A stretch of DNA of 64,000 nt, taken from Mytilus edulis. Lineage: Eukaryota. Made by a program: the position numbers and the translations under genes. The notes below the pieces were generated by a model. The model was not told the DNA's origin and made no database searches. It worked only from the letters and a program-made list of their open reading frames with translations. Below, one piece after another: positions 49,638 to 60,969 of this stretch. The stretch's first letter is position 1, and each line of letters starts with the position of its first letter. The stretch covers positions 105,834,001 to 105,898,000 of the forward strand of contig NC_092346.1 in assembly GCF_963676685.1 (NCBI RefSeq), written 5' to 3'.

Positions 49638-51124
49638 GACTGCACCAACATTAGTCAATATCTGAAACAAATGTAACATTGTTGTCATTATTATATATCA
49701 CACTGCGGGTAAATTATCACGTTGTGATTGGTTTAACGCTGTCACGTGTGACCCCCTATGAGACCGTAGGGGGTTAGGAATTTTCATAGGGGGTTCATGA
49801 CGCGTTAATGGTGACGTCATCTATTAATGTTGTTGTGTTTCATTGTTTATTTTTCAACAAAACGCAGCAGAAAAAGTCCAGCGTGCGATAAATTCTTTAT
49901 ACGGTTAACTTCTGACCCCTGATCCATAGAGGATGAATAAGGAAATAATTTTTAAAAGGTAAAATAGTTTATGATGGTGTGCATACTCAGATCAGGAGAT
50001 AAGACATCAGATCTGAGATTTTGTCATAAAAGTAAACCTCTGATGTCTGATATAAAAATTGTCTTTTAAAGTGTTTTTTTCTTGAATCTTCCAGCTAAGT
50101 GTAATTGGTTTTAAGTGCATTTTACCCTACGGCCTAGTACAAATGCAGTAGCCTTTCTGTTTGCATGATATGTCAGTTGAAAGAAATATTTAGAAGATTC
50201 TGTTTCTTGCTGATTGTTTCATTACCTGTAAAAATAAAGAACATTTACTAGGATTACCTTTTCTTTGAGTACTAATATGACTTAGAGACAAGTAAAGTAT
50301 ATTATATTATTCATGCCCCTTCATCTTTTTTATTTGTGTCCAACATGTTCAATTGATATCCTATTGGTTTAACTGTAAATAAAACTATATGAAATTACAC
50401 CTCAAGCTTGATGAAACTTTCTGCAGCCTAAACACATCAAAAGACACTAAAGTCATTGTAATTATATTATGGATTTATATGAATATTAACAAAAGCTATA
50501 TCTATATATCTTGTCATCACTGGAAGTTCGCCCGATCTCAAATAGTGTGCTACATGTACATTCTGTAGCTATGGAACTGTTCATAGCTCTTAATTTACAT
50601 GTACTTTGATTTACATGTAAGGTCCTAATGATACTGATTTTTTTTACATATCGGTTAAAAACTCATTAGAGTTTATGTTGTCTATGTTTTGTATACTTTG
50701 CCGACTCTAAATAAAGCTTATTTATTTATTACATTTTTTAAAAGTATTTAGTCGTTTTATTGTTGATATTCACCCCAATTTGTATCTAGTGTTAAATTAT
50801 GTATTTATATGACAACACTTTCTTGGTATTCCTAGTTATTGGAAGAATTTTATACACATAAGTAGTATACCTTAAACAACAGTTATTTTTCATTTACCTG
50901 TAGATATTATAATGTATTGTGTATTGTTGTCATTATGTCCCGTCAGGAGCCCTTAATTGAAAAATAAAGAACTTTGAACTTTGAATTAAAACCGTTTTTT
51001 TTCAAAAGTGATTATTTTCGAAGGGTTAAATATTTGTGCTTGTGTCTTGCCATGGCTTTGTTTGGACTTGTTTGTTTGCTTTTTGGCCTTGAATGTTTGT
51101 CCCTAATATTTTATTAACTGTGCA

Positions 51125-51574
51125 TTTGTATTCAGGTACCGCAGATCAAATTTATTCGTTCACAGTGTGTTAATTTACATTTTTTGATTGAGTTTTAGTC
51201 TTCCAATTGATATTTTATCGTGTGGTTTTCTATGTAGTGATGTTATGCTATTGTTTCAGAAAAAGGGAGAAGGTTTGGTACCATTAAAACGTTTAATCCT
51301 GCTGCAAATGTTTGCACCTGTCCTAAGTCAGAAATTTGATGTACAATAGTTGTCGTTTGTTTATGTAATTTATACGTGTTTCTCGTTTTTTATATAGATT
51401 AAACTGTTGGTTTTACACTAGTAAATTTGAGGCCCTTTATAGCTTTTTGTTCGCTGTGAGCCAAGACTCCCTGTTGAAGGCCGTACATTGACTTATAATT
51501 GTTTACTTTTATAAATTGTTATTTGGATGGAGAGTTGTTTCAGTGGCACTCACACCACATCTTCCTATATCTAT
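51125..51574 (+). repeat. Copy of the same dispersed 3'-anchored repeat family
   Basis: Colinear with 10440-10920. Confidence 0.7.
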
Positions 51575-51616
51575 TTAGTTTACACTGTTTTTTAAAAAGT
51601 TTTAATAACGGTATAA

Positions 51617-53043
51617 ATGAGCCTGGGTGATGGTCTGATAGTGATACTACCTGTCTGATACTACCTGTTGATAATGACAGTACTGGGCCTGGGTGACTGT
51701 CTGATAGTGATACTACCTGTTGATAATAACAATAATTGACCAGGGTGACACTGACAGTCTGATACTACCTGTTGATAATAACAGTACTGGGCCTAAGTGA
51801 TGGTCTGATAGTGATACTACCTGTTGATAATAACAATAATTGACCAGGGTGACACTGACAGTCTGATACTACCTGTTGATAATAACAGTACTGGGCCTGG
51901 GTGATGGTCTGATAGTGATACTACCTGTTGATAATAACAATAATTGACCAGGGTGACACTGACAGTCTGATACTACCTGTTGATATAATAACAGTAATGG
52001 GCCTGGGTGATGGTCTGATAGTGATACTACCTGTTGATAATAACAATAATTGACCAGGGTGACACTGACAGTCTGATACTACCTGTTGATATAATAACAG
52101 TAATGGGCCTGGGTGATGGTCTGATACTACCTGTCTGATAATATTTAACAGTAATTGGGCCTGATTGACGGTCTGATACTACCTGTTGGTAATATTTAAC
52201 AGTAATGGGCCTGATTGACGGTCTGATACTACCTGTTGGTAATATTTAACGGTAATTGGGCCTGATTGACGGTCTGATACTACCTGTTGGTAATATTTAA
52301 CGGTAATTGGGCCTGATTGACGGTCTGATACTACCTGTTGGTAATATTTAACGGTAATGGGCCTGATTGACGGTCTGATACTACCTGTTGGTAATATTTA
52401 ACGGTAATTGGGCCTGATTGACGGTCTGATACTACCTGTTGGTAATATTTAACGGTAATTGGGCCTGATTGACGGTCTGATACTACCTGTTGGTAATATT
52501 TAACGGTAATTGGGCCTGATTGACGGTCTGATACTACCTGTTGGTAATATTTAACGGTAATTGGGCCTGATTGACGGTCTGATACTACCTGTTGGTAATA
52601 TTTAACGGTAATTGGGCCTGATTGACGGTCTGATACTACCTGTTGGTAATATTTAACGGTAATTGGGCCTGATTGACGGTCTGATACTACCTGTTGGTAA
52701 TATTTAACGGTAATTGGGCCTGATTGACGGTCTGATACTACCTGTTGGTAATATTTAACGGTAATTGGGCCTGATTGACGGTCTGATACTACCTGTTGGT
52801 AATATTTAACAGTAATTGGGCCTGATTGACGGTCTGATACTACCTGTTGGTAATATTTAACAGTAATTGGGCCTGATTGACGGTCTGATACTACCTGTTG
52901 GTAATATTTCACAGTAATTGGGCCTGATTGACGGTCTGATACTACCTGTTGGTAATATTTCACAGTAATTGGGCCTGATTGACGGTCTGATACTACCTGT
53001 TGGTAATATTTAACAGTAATTGGGCCTGATTGACGGTACTACC
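51617..53043. repeat. ~51-bp minisatellite, homogeneous on the right and divergent/alternating on the left
   Basis: Unit CTGATACTACCTGTTGGTAATATTTAACGGTAATTGGGCCTGATTGACGGT. Confidence 0.93.
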
Positions 53044-53190
53044 TTTCAATAAAAATGAATAAGATGTTCTTCATAAAGGATGAATGAAAACACTAATGCT
53101 GACTAACTTGAATCTTATTTTTCAGAAATTGCCGGAAGTTTATTCCAGTATTGTAAAATGCGGTTCAAAACGGACAAAGTAAAATATCCG
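53040..53190. promoter_or_regulatory. Candidate Kelch-gene promoter / 5' UTR exon (ETS motif)
   Basis: CCGGAAGT at 53132-53139 in a locally CpG-richer patch; donor-like AAG|GTAGTA at ~53043 (minus). The large Kelch exon begins with an acceptor, so an upstream exon is required. Confidence 0.3.
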
Positions 53191-53435
53191 GATTAAATAC
53201 AAATACAAATATTTTATTGGCACAAACTCAATTACAATAATTGGCAACGGCCCATACAACTAGTATACTAATAGTAATGATGCAGCAATTAAACAATAAA
53301 TACTACATAGCATATCATTGGGCACATTTCGAACAATGAAATGTGCAGTTATAAATATCAATATATATAGGTTAATTTGTAAGAATAGACTACTGACATA
53401 AGTATATTGTATGTTATAGCTTCAAATTGTTCATA

Positions 53436-56400
53436 TTACTCATTTATAAGGAAATTTTTCCTTGATTCAAATGAATGATTAATAAAAGATGATATTAATC
53501 TAAGTGTTTTTCTACACTTATTATTAAGTAATAGTTTAATATATTCATCCTCAGTTTTAGATTGTTTGTCATAATTTTTAAAATAGGACAATTTTGATAT
53601 AAGAACATTTCTTTGTGATTCATATTTTGTGCAGTGCAAGATAAAATGTTTTTCGTCTTCTATATTTTTATTATGACATAATTTGCACAACCTTTCTTCT
53701 CTGTTAACTTGCATGTATCTACCTCTTTCAATTTCAAGATTGTGTGCACTTAGCCTTAGTTTTGCCAAAGGTGCCCTATCTTTCAACATATTCAATTGGT
53801 CAACATAGTGTGCACGTTTATTTGAAAAACAAAAATGTCGAAAAAATGATAGTTTTGATGATTCAGTAATATATGAATTCTGTTCTTGTAAAATTTGGTC
53901 ATGAATTCGTTGTTTTATTTGAGCAAGCATAGGTGTAATAGTTATATCAAAAGATGTTAAATATGAGAAACCCAGATTATGGATACATTTCTTCATATTA
54001 CTTGTCCATAGGTTGTTTTCTCTTGTTTGAATAAATATGTCATGAGCTAAGATTTTGTTAGATGAGATTAAATGATCTAAAAATTTCATGGAAGACAACA
54101 AAATTTTAGCTTTTAAGGGGAGTCTACCAAGCTCACTGCGACATGCATGGTTGGAAGTTTTACAGTGAACCCCCCGAATTTCTTTTATAAATTTTATATG
54201 AAACTTTTCATATGGTTCATTCTCATTATTTTTTTGAATTGATTCAATACCCCAAACTTCACTTCCATATAATAAAATTGGAAGTACCATTGTATCAAAA
54301 AGTTTTTTCTAAAAGTCTACTTGAATTGTTGAGACTAAGAGATTTCTTTATTTTAAATAGAGCTTTTCTAGCCTTTTCCATCAATAAATTGGAGGCCAGG
54401 TTAAATTTGCCATTGTATTTTAAAGTTATCCCAAGGTAACAATATTTATCAACTGTCTCAATATAATATTTGTTGATAGTAAAAAAGTTTTGAAATGATT
54501 TGCCGTTAGAATTGAATATTAGGACTTTTGATTTTGTAGAATTTACTTCCAGCTTCCAATCTGTACAGAACTGAGCTAGAGTGTCTAGACTACATTGTAG
54601 TCCTTCTGGACTACTTGACAATAGTACCAAGTCATCGGCATATAACAAACAATGAATCTTATCATCACCAATTAGCACAGGGTCTGTGCTATTGTTTTTT
54701 AAATTTTCAACAATATTATTAATAAAAATATTAAATAGTAAAGGGCTTAGAACATCGCCTTGTTTAACACCTCTTTCAGATATGAAAGATGTACTTGAAC
54801 CATCATTAAATTTTATTCTATTCTTTGTTTTGGAATACATTGAAAAAACTATGTTAAAAATTTTCTTTGGAATTCCATGTGTTAATAGTATATGGAATAA
54901 TCCAATTCTCCATACCGTATCAAAGGCTTTTTTTAAATCAATAAATGCAGCATAAACTTTCTTATGTTTAGTCTTGTATTGTTCAATAATTGATTTCAAT
55001 GAAAAAATATGATCAGCTGTTCGATTATGTTCCATAAAACCAATTTGGTTTTTGCTTATCAAATTGTTGCATTGTGTAAATTTTAATAATCTGGCATGTA
55101 TAATCTTGTTAAACACTTTTCCAAGGTTCGAACTGATAGAAATCCCTCGGTAATTTCCAGGGTCGGCCTTACTACCCTTTTTGTGAAGTGGGACAAGAAG
55201 ACTCTCATTCCATATTTTTGGGAAGATACCTTCATTAAAGACAATATTGAAAAGTTTAACAAGAGATTCCATGGTAGAGGTGGTACCATTTTTTATCATC
55301 TCATTAGATATAAAATCAATGGATGGACTTTTACCATTTTTTAGTGATTTGATGGCCTTTACGACTTCACTTGGTGTGATTACACCATTAAGCTCATTTA
55401 TATCATTATTAAAAGGTAATTTAGCCTTTAGACTTTCAAAGATTTTTGTGACTTTTTCCTGAAAACGATTCATTTCGGGGTGTTCAAGAGTTAGTTTTTC
55501 AAAGTGTTCCTTAAAAGAATTATAAGGTAATGATTCATTTGTTTTACAAGTTGATGACTGATCTAGTTTGTTAATCAATTTCCAGAAAACTTTAGGGTTT
55601 GATTCTACACAATTATCCAACTCATTACAAATCTTTTCTTTGTACTGTTTCTCTTCGTATTTGCATCTACGTCTGAAGCGAGAGCGAAAAGTATAAAAAG
55701 ATTTTCTATATTCAGCATTGAACGGAAATTTGTTGACCAATTTCTCGTAGTTTTTAACAGAGATCCTCAGATCTTTACACGATTCAGAAAACCATGGTTT
55801 TTTCTGTGTTTTATTAGATTTGTTTCTTTTAGGTTTACCCCTTTTAATGAATTTTGTGGACATATTAGCTGTTTCTATTAAAATTGAATTGAATTCGCCA
55901 ACCATTTCGTTGACATCACCAAAATCTTTTTGTATGAAGTTGTTAAATTTATCTTTAATATTTTTACTTTGAATATTTGTTTTGTAGAGCTCTATAGCTT
56001 CATCTGACCAAATGAATTTGCCTGGTAAATCCTCAAGTGTTGAAGAAAAATTACAGTTGTTGACAATGTTAGACAAAATACCACATACAATAGGACAATG
56101 GTTTGATAAAGCAGTAAATTCATGTACTTGGAAAAAACCCACAGAATTAAAAAGTTCATTTGATACAATTGAGTAGTCTACCATTTTTAGATGGTGACGT
56201 TCCCTTGTCACCATCTTATGGTGTTTATATATCTCAACTTGTACGATTCGCTCGTGTATGTAACAATGTATTAGATTTTAGCGAGAGAAATTTATGTATT
56301 ACTGAAAAATTATTACACCAGGGTTTTCGATATCACAAACTGGTCAAAACATTTACTAAATTTTATCACCGGTATAAGGAAATAATTCGTAAATATAACT

Positions 56401-58007
56401 CAACATGCAGACATCTTATACGTTCAGGTATTTCACATCCAAAATTTTATGGAAATATTCTTTATAAAGCACAAAAATGTCAGTATTCTCCTCAGAAACT
56501 AACAAAACCTTTAAATAGACTTATTAAAAGGGGATATAGTTACGATACTGTTGTCAGGTCATTAAAGATTGCATATTTTGGCTTTAACATTGATTCACTG
56601 ATAGGGTCTTTGCATCGGAACTAAACACATTTATTTCTAAAAAAACAGTTGTTGGCATGACACGGGTTATGTTCTTCTCATATATTTTATGATAGTATGA
56701 TACTAAACCCCTAACGGGAGGGATTGTACCTGATATTCATATGATGAAGACATAATCTTTCAATCAGTTTAATTGAGGTCTGGAGCTGGCATGTCAGTTA
56801 ACTGCTAGTAGTCTGTTGTTATTTATGTATTATTGTCATTTTATTTATTTTCTTTTGTTACATCTTTTGACATCAGACTCGGACTTCTCTTGAACTGAAT
56901 TTTAATGTGCGTATTGTTATTCTTTTACTTTTCTACATTGGCTAGAGGTATAGGGGGAGGGTTGAGATCTCATAAACATGTTTAACCCCGCCGCAATTTT
57001 GCGCCTGTCCCAAGTCAGGAGCCTCTGGCCTTTGTTAGTCTTGTATGATTTTAAATTTTGGTTTCTTGTGTATAATTCGGAGTTTAGTATGGCGTCCATT
57101 GTCACTGTACTATTATGCATATTTTAGGGGCCGGCTGAGGGACACCTACGGGTGCGGCAATTATCGCTGCATTGAAGACCCATTGGTTGCCTTCGGCTGT
57201 TGTTTGCTCTATGGTCGGGTGGTTGTCGCTTTGACATATTCACCATTTCCTTTCTCAATTTTATACAAGACTACATCCATTATAAGTAATACAGGTTGGT
57301 CTGCCAAATAAATCACATGTGGTTCGACCATTCAGGATCCTAAGTCCTGATTCTTTACACATATTAAGTAAATGTTTACCACTATTATTTATTCTTTTAT
57401 GGTCAAGATTATTTCTTGGCAAACTAATATCAAACTTATAAAAATCATCATCATTACTAGAATGACTTTTTTCATCATTTACAATAAAGTCAGGCATAGT
57501 GTTGGTGTAAGCATTAAAGTCCCCTTGGATAAGGATATCACCAAGTTTACTGTATTTTACAATTCCTTCTAATAAGTGAGTATACATAGATTGAATATCA
57601 TCTGCACTATGGGCAGCACTTTCAGGAGATATATAAACAAAAGCTACGTAAATGTCTTTAGGGAGGTTGAAAAATTTGTGTTCTAATTTTGTCCAAACTA
57701 TATCTGGATGTTTGGTTGCCAATTTTGATATACCTTTAGAGACAGATGTTTTGGCATAAATGCTTACTCCCCCCGAGTTTCTTCTGGCTTTTTTATTCTT
57801 TTTTCTTGTTTTGGCAACAATTAGATCAAACCCCGGTAAATTAGTACAGGCATTGACATCTTCCAGCCATGTTTCTACCAAGCCAAGGATATGAAAATTT
57901 GAAATAACTTGTAAAAAGTGACTGTCATTTATTTTTGAACTAATAAGCCCTTCAATATTCCACATGGCTATATTGAGGAGCGACTTTTGGTCAAATTTGT
58001 TAATCAT
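53436..58007 (-). pseudogene. LINE ORF2 (APE endonuclease + reverse transcriptase + C-terminal Zn-binding motif), disrupted
   Basis: APE motifs WNIEGL, LVETW, GDFNA, S-L-V-D-Y (split by insertion 56182-57263), SNHCP; RT motifs YRGIS, FIDLKKAFD, GVKQGDVLSP, YADD, YLG. One extra A in an A-run near 54303-54308 shifts the frame (EKTF* versus expected EKLFDTMVLP). Confidence 0.88.
56182..57263 (+). mobile_element. 5'-truncated Penelope-like retroelement inserted into LINE ORF2
   Basis: Encodes the RT thumb/C-terminus PFLDGDVPLSPSYGVYISQLVRFARVC to a stop at 56624, then a long 3' UTR. Removing it restores ORF2 in frame; TAC is duplicated at 56179-56181 and 57264-57266. Confidence 0.82.
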
Positions 58008-58293
58008 TCTAGGTTCAATAATAAATTTGGTTGGGTTATTTTAGGATGTTGGGACTATAATATGATACATGTACATGTGTAATAGTGAACACTGATGATT
58101 ATTTTTTCTTTTTTTCTACTTCATCATTTGATTATAAACATAAAAATAATATAACAAGCTACATAAGAAATGTATGTGCTGTAAAAAGAACAATAATTAT
58201 AAAAAATAAAAATAAAAAATAATAATACTAAACAGTTACAACAAAATACTTTCTATCATGACTAGATTAGATTCATAATTTGTTTATTATTGG

Positions 58294-60411
58294 TTAGTTG
58301 TGAATGTTTTGTTGAGCATCAGGATGAAATGTTGCAATATTTGGTGGCCAAGGTGTATAGGGTGGTACATTCCATGATTGACGCCATGGAGCACACATGT
58401 TCATAGGGATTTGCGGAGGAAACCATTGCATAAAAGGATTTGCTGGCGGCGGAGTCATCATGTTCATAGGTGAAATATGGTTGGTCATCTGAGGACTTTC
58501 GAAAGCGGACGGATTGGATAATGGTCTTGTCATGTCCATGTTATTCATTAGCAATTGAATATTTTGAAATGGAGGCGCAGATGAAGGTCGATCGTTCCAA
58601 GTCCCATTTGGTTGACCATACTGGTGTCGTAATGGTCTGGGAGATGGCGGTGACAGATTCATAGCAGCTTTCAAATGTTTGATAATGACCGAGAGTCCAA
58701 GATTGTTGAGATGAACTTGGTCATGGAACATGTTATCAGATGGTCTAAATTGCTCAATAACAGTAACATTTGAATAGTTCGTGCATACACTGCCTATGAT
58801 TTGATTTGCTTCGGTCACCATTTTATCGGAAAAGTCTCTTCGGCTTGTAATAAGAGACACATATACTTTGGCATGTATCCAGGTTTTTGTACACATATCG
58901 AGAAGTTTAACAAATTCATCATCTTTAATACCATTACTTTGTAGGTCTCTAGTTCCAATGTGTAGAAGTACGTTTTTGGGATTAAATTCTGCCCCCTTCT
59001 TTTCTATAAAGTTGGTACATGTAGAGGCACCTCCTCGAATGAACCGCTTGACACACTTGGCGCCAGGTGTAAAGCGTTCTGTTTGAATCCTTCGAATGAC
59101 TGAATCACTCAGGATCAAGTGGTCACAATTATATGGATTTTTTTGTGGCGGTTTATTTTTAGATTCGGGTTGCTTTTTGTTTCTTACAAATTCTGTCGAT
59201 TCATTATTTGAAGTTTCGAGTTGCCTTTTCTTTCCCGTAACTTCTGTCCATTCATTGTCAGTTTCAATTTGATCGGTTGAGATGTCAGATAATATGTTTG
59301 AATCATGACACACACTTTTAGTGAACATATTTTTATCATTGTCATTTGTTGGCCTCAAAGTAATATCTGCATCTGATTCTTCAATTTTGTGTGGATTCAT
59401 TATGATACAGTGTTCAAGTGATTCGATACGATCAACTAATTTTACAATTAATGTAGACATTTTATCTATAGTGATTTTGTGTTCTACTTGGTTAGCTTTT
59501 AAGTCTTTTACAAGATTATCGGCTACATTTGCTTTTGTTTGAAGAGAATCAATTCCAGTGGCACACTGTTTGATTTTTGCTTCTATTGTGGATAATGATT
59601 CAGTTACTTTTGATTTATGATTGTTTAGCATCTCGCTAATTCTGGCTGATAAGGCATCTGGTGTTTTCATAGTTGCTAAGTTTATGTCATTAAGTTTTTC
59701 TACGAAAAGTTTCATTGTAATATCCATCGTGCTAAGTGAAGTATGAATATCTTCAAGCTTTGAATCCATCATTTTGCTGTGTTGCATGACTCTATGTTTT
59801 GGTGAATTTTCAATATGATTTGATTTTCCAAATATTGCATTTGACACATGTGCACGTATGGGCGTACTTGTAATCTGTTGGAGATCTTCACAACTTTTAG
59901 ATTTTGTTAAATTTAAAATAGGTGTAGTCGGTCTTTTAACAATTGTGTCATCAGCAGAGTTATTTAAGTCACATTTGACAATTGTGTCATCGGCGGAGTC
60001 GAGCAAGTCACATTTTCCCTTTAATGTTTCAAAGAAATGGTCGGAGAATTTGCCACATTTTGCCCCTTGAAAGACGACAGATCCAGAGTGGAAAATATTA
60101 ACTTTGACAGAATTATTTCTGTCTGGACCAATATCAAAATTTACCCTGATTACATTGCAGGTTTTTTGTGGTTGGCAGTTGGTTTTGGACTTCCCAAAAT
60201 GTTCGATAATTGCGGTTTTCCACACGCTTTGCCTTGTGGTTTTGAAAGTAACATTATTGGTTTTGTTGTCGCATTGAACATGCTTGACCGGAATTTCCCA
60301 TGCGTTTGCATCTGTTAATTCATTGTCAATGTTATCAATCTCATCACCGGTAATGCAGTCTGCATATTTATCAGGTAGTTTTGTTACACGAGATTTTAAC
60401 TCGTGCGCCAT
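58294..60411 (-). CDS. LINE ORF1 protein, 705 aa: N-terminal TBP-like motif, coiled coil, SGNH/GDSL esterase-like domain, P/M/N-rich tail
   Basis: Intact ORF with SGNH blocks ILSDS, HIGTRD and DQVHLN; heptad-rich centre; lies immediately upstream of the APE-RT ORF2. Confidence 0.85.
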   Translation of the reverse strand: MAHELKSRVTKLPDKYADCITGDEIDNIDNELTDANAWEIPVKHVQCDNKTNNVTFKTTRQSVWKTAIIEHFGKSKTNCQPQKTCNVIRVNFDIGPDRNNSVKVNIFHSGSVVFQGAKCGKFSDHFFETLKGKCDLLDSADDTIVKCDLNNSADDTIVKRPTTPILNLTKSKSCEDLQQITSTPIRAHVSNAIFGKSNHIENSPKHRVMQHSKMMDSKLEDIHTSLSTMDITMKLFVEKLNDINLATMKTPDALSARISEMLNNHKSKVTESLSTIEAKIKQCATGIDSLQTKANVADNLVKDLKANQVEHKITIDKMSTLIVKLVDRIESLEHCIIMNPHKIEESDADITLRPTNDNDKNMFTKSVCHDSNILSDISTDQIETDNEWTEVTGKKRQLETSNNESTEFVRNKKQPESKNKPPQKNPYNCDHLILSDSVIRRIQTERFTPGAKCVKRFIRGGASTCTNFIEKKGAEFNPKNVLLHIGTRDLQSNGIKDDEFVKLLDMCTKTWIHAKVYVSLITSRRDFSDKMVTEANQIIGSVCTNYSNVTVIEQFRPSDNMFHDQVHLNNLGLSVIIKHLKAAMNLSPPSPRPLRHQYGQPNGTWNDRPSSAPPFQNIQLLMNNMDMTRPLSNPSAFESPQMTNHISPMNMMTPPPANPFMQWFPPQIPMNMCAPWRQSWNVPPYTPWPPNIATFHPDAQQNIHN

Positions 60412-60969
60412 TTTGTTTGTTTACATGTACATTTTGTAGAAAGTTTGTTCCAACATCCATATATATAACCGGTGTTTAAAGTTTTAGAGCATTCTTGTCA
60501 TAATGATTTATGATAGAATTGACTGACAAGGTAGGCTATATGAATACACAGATGTAGTTGGTGTATTGCTAAAAAAATATCAGGAGCAGTTCAGAAAACG
60601 TGTTTCCTCTTCCACTGCTGAGTGACAATACTTGCATTAGATTAAATCATTTATCAGGAGTACTGTTTGATCAACATGTTTTATTATCAAGTCCAGTTAC
60701 AAGGTAACAATGGTTACCCTTTAGCATGTTTAGTATCACTAGATTACACCTATATAAGAATCTTGAAATTTCTTGGTTTCATTGGTTACAAGGTAACATA
60801 GGTAACAACGGTTACTCTCTCTTTAAACATTTAAATAGTGCTATGCAAACCATTTTCTTTTTCAGGCTATGATAATGTCGTTTTTATCCAATAAACGCAT
60901 TTTTCCATATGTAGCTGTTTGACTAACCCTTTTTGTTTTGTATGAATTTGATAGAATAGAATAGAATAT

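Larger units (their letters stand above)
53199..60639 (-). mobile_element. Full-length non-LTR retrotransposon, RTE-X-like (ORF1 + APE-RT ORF2), inactivated by a nested insertion
   Basis: Two ORFs; 3' end AATAAA + (TATTTG)n at ~53199-53218; candidate 8-bp TSD GATTAAAT at 53191-53198 and 60640-60647. ORF2 C-terminal ELGRLP and LRLSAHNLEIERGRY...CKLC...EDEKHFILHC motifs plus an esterase ORF1 are typical of RTE-X (clade call from motif recall, not phylogeny). Confidence 0.85.

Noticed and set aside
49690-49960. Crypton-like or MITE terminus just upstream of the Kelch exon (also 63290-63420)
   Set aside because: Looks like a repeat end, but the matching terminus could not be found, so it is not called.
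54290-54312. Programmed ribosomal frameshift in LINE ORF2
   Set aside because: Needs a +1 correction inside an A homopolymer and the slippery heptamer is out of frame; a single-base indel or sequencing error is simpler.
56740-56795. SECIS element in the Penelope-like 3' UTR (some Naiad PLEs encode Sec)
   Set aside because: AUGA is present but only ~4 bp of helix II can form, and no in-frame UGA is visible in the retained ORF.
49366-60318. Plus-strand ORFs overlapping Kelch and LINE coding regions
   Set aside because: Antisense shadows of real ORFs with no independent motifs (except 56160-56624, which is the nested element).
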